Below the pieces are notes generated by a model, which searched no databases, was not told the DNA's origin, and saw nothing but the letters and a program-made list of their open reading frames with translations. The position numbers and the translations under genes were made by a program. A DNA stretch of 64,000 nucleotides from Candidatus Heimdallarchaeota archaeon. Lineage in GTDB: Archaea; Asgardarchaeota; Heimdallarchaeia; Heimdallarchaeales; Heimdallarchaeaceae. Numbering within the stretch: the stretch's first letter is position 1; each line of letters starts with the position of its first letter. The stretch lies in NCBI GenBank assembly GCA_016840095.1, contig JAEOSZ010000111.1, positions 86,612-150,611 on the forward strand, written 5' to 3'. Positions 1 through 7,467 of the stretch are shown piece after piece.

Positions 1-388
1 CAGCATCTATCACAACGAGTGCTACATCCACATTTTCTAGAAACTTAATTGCCTCCACTATTCCTCTTGTTGCTTCTTTAGCTCTTTGCATCGCTTCTCC
101 TGCAGAAAGTCCATGCTTCATGAATTCTTTTGGATTTACAGAGGATGCTATACCAGGCATATCTATTAGCGTAAGATCTAGAGATGTTCCATTTGAAGAG
201 AAGTTAACCTTCTCAAGCTTCTGAATTGTTCTAGTCTCGTGTGGAATTTCACTGACAGTTCCAACTTCTTGCTCAGCCCAATCTATTCCAATTTTGTTTG
301 CAAGAGTGGTTTTACCAGCATTTACTTCACCGTAGAACCCCAAATTTATTGATTTTGGCTTTGATTTCAGCCACAATCTCCATGACAA
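1..388 (-). CDS. Era-like small GTPase of the OapA/ArvA family (partial, runs off the left edge; missed by the ORF track)
   Basis: Manual minus-strand translation from TTG at 388, with AGGTGA upstream: MSWRLWLKSKPKSINLGFYGEVNAGKTTLANKI...SEIPHETR...LIDMPGIAS...AMQRAKEATRGIVEAIKFLENVDVALVVIDA. G1 (GEVNAGKT), G2 (PHETR) and G3 (DMPG) are present, plus the RAKEATRG motif of archaeal OapA-type GTPases. Confidence 0.85.
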   Translation of the reverse strand, partial: MSWRLWLKSKPKSINLGFYGEVNAGKTTLANKIGIDWAEQEVGTVSEIPHETRTIQKLEKVNFSSNGTSLDLTLIDMPGIASSVNPKEFMKHGLSAGEAMQRAKEATRGIVEAIKFLENVDVALVVIDA

Positions 389-571
389 TTATTTCACCTA
401 CACAAGCTTACTCACTTGTTAACTTAAAACGAAATATTATTGACATCACACCCTCGTATTACGTTGTCAGTTTCTGTTACATTTCTTGGTTTTTTTTGCG
501 AAATGGTCATCTAATAAGATTTATTAAGTCAAAAAGAAAGAAACTCGAAACAAGGATTACCTAATTAGGTT

Positions 572-1657
572 GTGGTTAAGATTTTCATAATGGGTGCTAG
601 TATCAAAGTATGGTTGAGATTTCTTTGGCAGAACAAATTCAACATCAGCTGGAAATATATCCCGCGAGCATTTGCAATAACGTTGGTTACAGCATTATTT
701 ACACCTCTTATAATCTATGAACACCTAAGATTTAATCGTAAAGTTAGAAGAACAGAGATTAAGGAACCCCCAGTATTTATTATGGGTCATTGGAGAACTG
801 GAACAACTCACTTACAAAATCTCCTCCTCCTCGACGATAAATATGGATACTTAGATCTAGTTGAAGCAACTTTTCCTCATCTAATGCTAGGAAGTTACAA
901 GTTTATTGCAGCAGTAATGAAACCATTAATTCCTGCAACTCGTCCCATGGATAACATGTCCATGACTGCAGCAACACCACAAGAACATGAGTTTGCCATA
1001 GTTGATCTATGTTTACTCTCCCCACAGTCAGGTTTGTTCTTTCCAGATAATAGAGACAGTTATCTTAGGTTTGGTACTTTTGAAGAAGCTTCAGAAGAAG
1101 AAATTAATGAGTGGAAAGAAAACCTAATGTTCTATTTGAAAAAATTAACATATAAGGAAAAAGGCAAACCATTACTTCTAAAAAACCCTCTAGATACATA
1201 TAGAATCAAGCTTCTCTTAGAGCTCTTTCCAGATGCTAAATTCATCAACATTTATAGAAACCCATACAAAGTCTTTTTCTCAACTGTTAAGCTCCATAAA
1301 ACCAATACACACTTGTTTTGGCTACAAAAACCGGATTATGAACTTTATGATTTCATTCTTGATTTATATGTTGAAATTTATGACAAGTTCTACAAAGATT
1401 TTGATTTGATTCCAAAAGAGCAGATTATTGAAATAAAATATGAGGATCTTATTGCAAACCCACTAGATGAATTATCCAAAATATACAACTATCTTAACCT
1501 AGGTGATTTTGAGCAAGTGAAAAACAAAGTTGAGACTTATCTCTATTCTTTGAATGACTATAAGGTTGGAAATTATGAAATATCAAAGAAAGATAAAGAG
1601 CTTATTTACTCAAGATGGAATGAAACCATTGACAGGTGGGGTTATGAAAAACCCTAA
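572..1657 (+). CDS. PAPS-dependent sulfotransferase (Sulfotransfer_3-like), N-terminal hydrophobic segment
   Basis: 5'-PSB loop PVFIMGHWRTGTTHL, LLKNP motif, 3'-PB motif IYRNPYKVFFS, and IKYEDL. The start may be the ATG at 590. Confidence 0.88.
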   Translation: MVKIFIMGASIKVWLRFLWQNKFNISWKYIPRAFAITLVTALFTPLIIYEHLRFNRKVRRTEIKEPPVFIMGHWRTGTTHLQNLLLLDDKYGYLDLVEATFPHLMLGSYKFIAAVMKPLIPATRPMDNMSMTAATPQEHEFAIVDLCLLSPQSGLFFPDNRDSYLRFGTFEEASEEEINEWKENLMFYLKKLTYKEKGKPLLLKNPLDTYRIKLLLELFPDAKFINIYRNPYKVFFSTVKLHKTNTHLFWLQKPDYELYDFILDLYVEIYDKFYKDFDLIPKEQIIEIKYEDLIANPLDELSKIYNYLNLGDFEQVKNKVETYLYSLNDYKVGNYEISKKDKELIYSRWNETIDRWGYEKP

Positions 1658-1675
1658 AAACTATCAGTAAACGTT

Positions 1676-2842
1676 TTACAAGCAAACCATATCTTTTGGG
1701 GTATTTGATAATCGAATTACACCATCTTTAGTAACAACACAATCATCTTCTAAACGAATACCAAAATCTCCAGCAAAGTATAAACCAGGTTCTACAGTTA
1801 TTACAGAGTTTTCAAGTAATTCTTTAGCAGGTCTTTCTGGATAAGCTCTATAAATACCCACTCCGATATCATGTGTCTCAATACCAATTGGGTGACCTGT
1901 TGAGTGAATATACAACTTCTCATGATCATATCCATATTCTTCAAACTTATCTCGAACTGCCATTTCTACATCATGAGAAGAAACTCCTGCTCTAATTTTT
2001 GTGTATGCAGCTTCTTTTGCTTCATGTACAGCTTCATGTGCTCTAAGAACTTCTTCTTTTGGTTTGTTACCTATCCAATATGTGTGAGTAATGTCTGAAT
2101 TAGACATCTCGTAGGCTACTCCATAATCAATTAAAAGCACTTGATTTTTCTCTATCTTCCCTGTTCCTGCTTTATGGTGAGGTATAGCTGCATTTGGTCC
2201 TGATGCTACAATGGGCTCAAAAGCTACTCCCCCTCTTTTGTTACATTCAAATTCTATTATAGCTGCTAATTCTTTTTCAATCATACCAGGTTTGATTAAA
2301 GGTTCAATAACCTCTTCCATCAATTCTTCAGCTAGCTTAGCAGCAATTTTGTGGTTCTCAATTTCCTTTTGTGTTTTAACAGCTCTTACATCAAAAATGA
2401 TATCTTTAGCAGAAACATAATTTAGATTTTTGTTCATACTAGTTAACGCATTAAAAGTTCCACTGGTTAATATATCAGAACTAAATTTTGAAAATACTTC
2501 ACTAGCCTCAACGTAATTTAATGCAACTGTGGATTTATCTAAGAAACCATTGAATAAATTCTGTACTAGCTCTGTTAATTCACTACCTTTTTTGTATGCT
2601 TTGACTTCGTAAATTTCTTCATCTACTAGCATTGCTTCCATCTGAGATGTTATAACTGATGGTTTTCCTCTCTTAGGAATCAGAGTCAAAGTTGGTGATG
2701 CAAACCATTTTTCTAGTAAATATTTTTGGTGTATATCGTATGAATGGTGGCAAAATACTATCCATCCATCTACATTATGATTGTCTAAAACTGCTTGAAT
2801 TCTATCAATTTTTTCACTCAAAATCCACACATTCCTTAACAA
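1676..2842 (-). CDS. Xaa-Pro aminopeptidase/prolidase (M24B)
   Basis: RAVKT..EI, PHH, IDYG..SDITHT, HSTGHPIGIETHD, TVEPGLY, GIRLEDD. Confidence 0.92.
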   Translation of the reverse strand: MLRNVWILSEKIDRIQAVLDNHNVDGWIVFCHHSYDIHQKYLLEKWFASPTLTLIPKRGKPSVITSQMEAMLVDEEIYEVKAYKKGSELTELVQNLFNGFLDKSTVALNYVEASEVFSKFSSDILTSGTFNALTSMNKNLNYVSAKDIIFDVRAVKTQKEIENHKIAAKLAEELMEEVIEPLIKPGMIEKELAAIIEFECNKRGGVAFEPIVASGPNAAIPHHKAGTGKIEKNQVLLIDYGVAYEMSNSDITHTYWIGNKPKEEVLRAHEAVHEAKEAAYTKIRAGVSSHDVEMAVRDKFEEYGYDHEKLYIHSTGHPIGIETHDIGVGIYRAYPERPAKELLENSVITVEPGLYFAGDFGIRLEDDCVVTKDGVIRLSNTPKDMVCL

Positions 2843-3434
2843 TTTGTTTAATGTTATCCGGTAAATAATCGTTCTTTTCTAAATCTATTAAATCTTTAAA
2901 TTTGTCTATATCACTGTATGCGTTTTTACTTTCTAAAATCTCAAATGATAATTCAAGTTTCTCAAATACATCTCTAAATCTTAAAGCAGAGTTCTTACCA
3001 AAAACTAATGGGAAAGTGTCTCCTTTATTGAAAATCAAAATACTAGTTCCATTGTCCTTAGTAGGTCCAAGTAGTATTTTCCTCTCATTATAATTCTTAT
3101 CAAGAATAAATTGTAAATCTTCGGATTTAATTAAAGGTAGATCTGCCATAACAACAGTAATTATATCTTCTTGAATCTCCTTGAAGGCTTCATTTAATGA
3201 TTCATTTAATTCATCCCCCTTGTCATGAAGTATAGAGAAATATCCTGAAAAATCTAATTTTTTCTTTTTTGTAAGGATATACAAATTTGCATCATGTTCA
3301 AGTTTAGCAATTTCATCTATTAGATTCTGAGTCATATGATGAAGCAGTTTTTCAACCGATGAATCTTTTAAACTGGATCGTAATCTACTCTTATCGTTTA
3401 TTGTTCCTCTGTATGGTATTATTATTGCTTTCAT
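2814..3434 (-). CDS. cofC: 2-phospho-L-lactate/PEP guanylyltransferase CofC
   Basis: AIIIP...KSRL, MADLPLI, GPTKDNGTSIL, FGKNS, DID..DL; adjacent to cofD. Confidence 0.8.
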   Translation of the reverse strand: MKAIIIPYRGTINDKSRLRSSLKDSSVEKLLHHMTQNLIDEIAKLEHDANLYILTKKKKLDFSGYFSILHDKGDELNESLNEAFKEIQEDIITVVMADLPLIKSEDLQFILDKNYNERKILLGPTKDNGTSILIFNKGDTFPLVFGKNSALRFRDVFEKLELSFEILESKNAYSDIDKFKDLIDLEKNDYLPDNIKQIVKECVDFE

Positions 3435-4224
3435 CAGCTATTCTTCCAGTATAATCTGATACTAAATATTGCATAAATTCTGGGTTTTGCATTAGTGGTC
3501 TAGCAACAGAAGCTGCTTTTGCTCCTGCTTTTAGCATTGTATGAATGTCATTTATTGTTCGAACTGAGTTATTTCCTATTATTGGGATATCCGTTAATTC
3601 TACAAATTTTCTAATTATTTTAATGTTAGCTCTTTTTTGACCTGGTAACATAGCATCAACATGAATGTAGGAAATAGAATAATCTTCCAAAATCTTTGTT
3701 AGACCAGAATAATCACCAATAATATGTCCTCGAATTTTTATTCCTAGGGGAAAAGAGGGTAATAGTTTTCTTATCGAATCAAGCAGAGTTTCAAGTTTTT
3801 CAGGTTTTAAAAGTAAATTATGCCCACCATTAATTTTTAGAATCTCTTCTTGTCTACAATGAGCATTAATTTCTACAATATCAACAAACTTTGTGACTTC
3901 ATTTAGCCATACTTCAGAAAAATAATCTGCATTTATGAGTCGCACATTGAAACTAACTAGTTGATGATTAGTCTGTTTCTCTAAATTTAGGTTTTCTAAA
4001 CACCATGATTTAACTTGATCAACTTTGAATTGGAGGAGGAATTCATCTCTACCTCTTTCTATCATTCTTGTTGTGGTTAGATGTGATTCACGGTCTATTG
4101 AAAATCCTCCTAGTGTTACCATTCCTGCTCCATAATTTAGAATCTTTTGGCAAAAAGCTCCATCTGAAATTCCTGCTATAGCTGATTGAACAATTGGTGG
4201 TATAAATCTAGGATTTGCACTCAA
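3391..4224 (-). CDS. Dus-like FMN TIM-barrel oxidoreductase (archaeal MJ0144-like)
   Basis: AIAGISDG, TLGG, EINAHCRQ (catalytic Cys position), KIR, IHVDAM, IIGNNSV, SVARP; no C-terminal tRNA-recognition domain evident. Confidence 0.8.
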   Translation of the reverse strand: MSANPRFIPPIVQSAIAGISDGAFCQKILNYGAGMVTLGGFSIDRESHLTTTRMIERGRDEFLLQFKVDQVKSWCLENLNLEKQTNHQLVSFNVRLINADYFSEVWLNEVTKFVDIVEINAHCRQEEILKINGGHNLLLKPEKLETLLDSIRKLLPSFPLGIKIRGHIIGDYSGLTKILEDYSISYIHVDAMLPGQKRANIKIIRKFVELTDIPIIGNNSVRTINDIHTMLKAGAKAASVARPLMQNPEFMQYLVSDYTGRIADESNNNTIQRNNKR

Positions 4225-4230
4225 GATAGT

Positions 4231-5157
4231 TTACCCCCTATTTAGGATAAATGATGCTAGATTTTTTGATATACCTTTTTCATTGAATAAGATATTCTGT
4301 GTTATTACTTCTAAGTTTGTTTCATTTTCTATATCTTTCCTGAAATTTCCGTCCGATTCATGAATAATTATTGTGGAACAAACATCTTTGTAGAGCCTAG
4401 CAATACCTAAAGGAGATACCTCAAGTCCTTTTGCTTTCATCAGATTTTCTGTTGGTCCGCTTATTGGCTTATCCCCTATAATTGGACTGATAGCTATACA
4501 TTTACTCTTATTCTTTTCGAGTGTTTCTCTTATTGCGGATACATCTAATATTGGTCCTATGCTGGTTATGGGATTACTTGGGCCTATAATTATTGTATCA
4601 GAGTTAACCAATTCTTCTTGTGCAGAACGAGAAAAAATAGCATTTTCCACATTTCTTACATAGATATTCTTTATTTCTGTTTCTCCTTTATGTTTAACCC
4701 AAAATTCCTGGAAGTGAATATCTTCATCGTTGTTTGTAACTATACGCGTTTCAATGTGGTTTTCTGAACTTGGATAGATTTTACTTCTTATTCCTAACTT
4801 GTTTATTAAAGAATTAATTATTGAAGACTGGTTCTTTCCGTTCTGCATTTCAAATGTTCTGAAAATATGCAAACCTAAATCTTTGTCTCCTAATCTGAAC
4901 CATGTATCTATTCCATATCTGTTTAGAGCATTTAATGTATTGAAGGATTCATCCTTTACGCCCCAATATTTTTCAACATCTAGTAATTCACTGAAAAGAT
5001 AGAGTATTGTGTCGATATCTGGTGAAACATATAATCCATAGATCCAGATATTATCAGCTGAATTTGCAATAATAGCTAGTTTATCATCATTAATAATTTC
5101 TCTGAATCCTTGTATTAGTTTAGGGGTTCCTGTTCCTCCAGATAGGAAAGTAATCAT
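4231..5157 (-). CDS. cofD: 2-phospho-L-lactate transferase CofD
   Basis: LSGGTGTPKL, VSPDIDTILY, WFRLGDKDLGLH, IHFQEFWV, IGPSNPITSIGPIL. Confidence 0.93.
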   Translation of the reverse strand: MITFLSGGTGTPKLIQGFREIINDDKLAIIANSADNIWIYGLYVSPDIDTILYLFSELLDVEKYWGVKDESFNTLNALNRYGIDTWFRLGDKDLGLHIFRTFEMQNGKNQSSIINSLINKLGIRSKIYPSSENHIETRIVTNNDEDIHFQEFWVKHKGETEIKNIYVRNVENAIFSRSAQEELVNSDTIIIGPSNPITSIGPILDVSAIRETLEKNKSKCIAISPIIGDKPISGPTENLMKAKGLEVSPLGIARLYKDVCSTIIIHESDGNFRKDIENETNLEVITQNILFNEKGISKNLASFILNRG

Positions 5158-5185
5158 TTTGAACCCTCAAATCTTGAAAAATACC

Positions 5186-6136
5186 TTATTTTTTAGCTGT
5201 CTTCTTTGCAGTTGTTGTCTTCTTTGCAGTTGTTGTCTTCTTTGCAGTTGTTGTCTTCTTTGCAGTTGTTGTCTTCTTTGCAGTTGTTGTCTTCTTTGCT
5301 GCTGTAGTTTTTGGTTTAGCTGTAGTTTTTGTTGCTGTTGTCTTCTTTGCAGTTGTTGTCTTCTTTGCTGCTGCTGTCTTTGGTTTAGCTGTAGTTTTTG
5401 TTGCTGTTTTAGCTTTAGTCTCTGGTTTTGTCTCCTCTTTTTGTTTTTCTGGAGTTTCCTTAGGTTTTACTGGTGCAGTTTTCTTTGGTAGTTTTTTCTT
5501 GGGAGTTCCTGTTTCCACCAATCGTAATCTAGAAGTTGATTTTATTACAACTCTATAGTAGGAACCATTTTCTCCCATATCTGGGTTTCGAACGATTTTG
5601 ATAACATCACCAGGTTTTGCTTGTATTGCTTTTACTGCAGCATCAGTTTCTAGTATCTTTGGTATTTGATGTTTCTGAATCTGATATCTTTCCAAGAATC
5701 CTTTTATGTCTCTAGTTCTGAGCTTAACATGCTGACGAACTAGTTGATGCTCAAAGATATTAAACAATGGATTAGTGCTACTAATAATTTCAATTCCTAA
5801 TTTTACAGATTCCTTTTTTGCATAATGTGTTAATGGGGATTCTGCAATTAGTAAGGCTTCATCTAGTTCCTCTTCTTCTTGTAATTTACCTAGAAGTCTG
5901 ATTAATTTCACACCAATTTGAGGATTTTTTGGGAATCGTGCAATAGCTGTTACTGTTTCTTTTTCCTCACTAAGCTTCTTAGCATATACATCTAGAAAAT
6001 CATCGTCTTCTTTTGTATCACTAATCTTAAATCCTCTAAACTCAAGAATTTCCTTAACTCCATCCACAATCCTCTTTTCCTTGGCTTTTTGTTCCTTAGA
6101 AGACAAGTAAGTTACCTCGGCATCCTTAATAATCAA
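5186..6136 (-). CDS. rpo5: RNA polymerase subunit Rpo5/RPB5 with eukaryote-like N-terminal domain and Lys/Thr/Ala-rich C-terminal tail
   Basis: RpoH domain FNIFEHQLVRQH...IPKILETDAAV..IQAKPGDVIKIVR...YYRVV. The preceding RGF...FPKNPQIGVKLIR...ALLIAESPLTHYAKK resembles the RPB5 jaw domain. Confidence 0.85.
   Translation of the reverse strand: MIIKDAEVTYLSSKEQKAKEKRIVDGVKEILEFRGFKISDTKEDDDFLDVYAKKLSEEKETVTAIARFPKNPQIGVKLIRLLGKLQEEEELDEALLIAESPLTHYAKKESVKLGIEIISSTNPLFNIFEHQLVRQHVKLRTRDIKGFLERYQIQKHQIPKILETDAAVKAIQAKPGDVIKIVRNPDMGENGSYYRVVIKSTSRLRLVETGTPKKKLPKKTAPVKPKETPEKQKEETKPETKAKTATKTTAKPKTAAAKKTTTAKKTTATKTTAKPKTTAAKKTTTAKKTTTAKKTTTAKKTTTAKKTTTAKKTAKK
5197..5420. repeat. Coding 18-bp tandem repeat (gcagttgttgtcttcttt) plus a larger imperfect duplication; encodes AKKTTT repeats
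   Basis: About five consecutive copies at 5197-5297, then degenerate copies (KTTAKPKTAAAKKTTT) up to about 5420. Confidence 0.92.
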
Positions 6137-6183
6137 ATTAATTAAAATCTTTTGACAAGTGAGAGGTTTTAATTAAGTCTATT

Positions 6184-6546
6184 TCATTCTTCTTCTGTTT
6201 GAAATTTGATGTAATAAGAACCATCTTTATTTCGACTTATAATTGGTTTAGTGTCACCATTTTCTGTAAGTAATTTTTCTATATCTACTTCAAAAATTCC
6301 TTCACTTGTAAGTCTGATTGCTTCTAGTCCATCTTTTATATCAGTTTGATGAATCTCTTTCTCGACAATAAGATCAAGTTCTTCCTCTTTCTTCTGGTCA
6401 GTAGATCTTTCCTTATAGGTTTTGAATTTAAATGACCCACAATGTGGGCATCCATTAAGTAGAATTTGACTGTTCAATTCAAGTTCTTGTTCGCATAATG
6501 CACAAATTGTGATTTTATTAGATGGATTTGACATATAATCACACAT
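6184..6546 (-). CDS. OapC/ArvC-family (DUF2072) zinc-ribbon protein
   Basis: CALC...ILLNGCPHCGSFKF N-terminal ribbon; C-terminal EAIRLTSEGIFEVDIEKLL...DGSYYIKF. Confidence 0.78.
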   Translation of the reverse strand: MCDYMSNPSNKITICALCEQELELNSQILLNGCPHCGSFKFKTYKERSTDQKKEEELDLIVEKEIHQTDIKDGLEAIRLTSEGIFEVDIEKLLTENGDTKPIISRNKDGSYYIKFQTEEE

Positions 6547-6562
6547 TCTTCTTGTTTATCAT

Positions 6563-7423
6563 TTATTCAAGTTTAATACTAGAATTATATAGGAAAGGAC
6601 CTCTATGATCACATTTTGGACATCCTTTTCTTTCTAATTCTTCTATAGTATTGAAACCTCCTTCAGAACCAACAGTAAAGACTTCACCACATATCGTTTT
6701 ACAGCTATAAGTTTGCAACTTACTATTACTCTCTCTATAATACATCGGTCCATAATAGTGATTAGGAATTGTTTCTTTTGAATTTGCTTTTACTTTGATA
6801 ATGTACATATCTGATACAGATTTGTTCAGTGGTGTATCATGTTCATATGTATTGAAGTCTGTTTTTTTCTCTTCAATTTCTAAGTTCATTTTCTCAATCA
6901 ATTTTTCTAGAATACACATCCTTTCATCTTGAATATCAAAGGAAAGGAAAATTTTGGAGGATGTATTCTTGTTTGCACATTGAACAGCTCTTGTTAAACC
7001 TATTTCCAATCCTTCCTCAGTCATTGGAGGTTCAAGAAAGATATAGTCGAATTGATCTTTGAGAATAATTATCATTCTGATTCTAATATCATGGTTTACA
7101 TATCTTATAGATCTGATTTTTTGCTTAACTTTCATATTAAAAACGATTTCAGGTATTCGTTTGTCAATGTCTAAAACTGCTAAATCCTTTGGTTTTGAAA
7201 GAACTCCGATAGGTAAAGAAGTCAAGTCCATATCTCCTAGAAAAATTATCCTCTTTCCATTATATTCATCAGGATTTATAACTAGAGCTCTCTCTAAACT
7301 CGAGCTTTTTGTAACAAAATATTGATCAAGCTCCTTATTTGGTGTCCCTCGCAGTTCATTCAATTCAAGAAAAGCTTTGTCAATTTTTTCAAAAAGCTCA
7401 TCTTTTCCTGGATTTATACTCAT
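6563..7423 (-). CDS. Branched-chain polyamine synthase BpsA-like (DUF43) aminopropyltransferase with C-terminal Cys cluster
   Basis: P..ELDQYFVT..S..ERA, GKRIIFLGDMDLTSL, VLDIDKRI, HDIR, FDYIFLEPPMT; C-terminal CKTICG...CPKC. Confidence 0.75.
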   Translation of the reverse strand: MSINPGKDELFEKIDKAFLELNELRGTPNKELDQYFVTKSSSLERALVINPDEYNGKRIIFLGDMDLTSLPIGVLSKPKDLAVLDIDKRIPEIVFNMKVKQKIRSIRYVNHDIRIRMIIILKDQFDYIFLEPPMTEEGLEIGLTRAVQCANKNTSSKIFLSFDIQDERMCILEKLIEKMNLEIEEKKTDFNTYEHDTPLNKSVSDMYIIKVKANSKETIPNHYYGPMYYRESNSKLQTYSCKTICGEVFTVGSEGGFNTIEELERKGCPKCDHRGPFLYNSSIKLE

Positions 7424-7467
7424 TAAGATTGGCTTATTATACTAATTTAAAAAAGGTTCGCTGCATC

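Noticed and set aside
298-564. 88-aa plus-strand ORF
   Set aside because: It overlaps the start of the minus-strand GTPase and the divergent promoter region, and has no motif.
5159-5491. Cys-rich metallothionein-like ORF (CSCCLL repeats)
   Set aside because: It is the antisense shadow of the AKKTTT repeat in rpo5.
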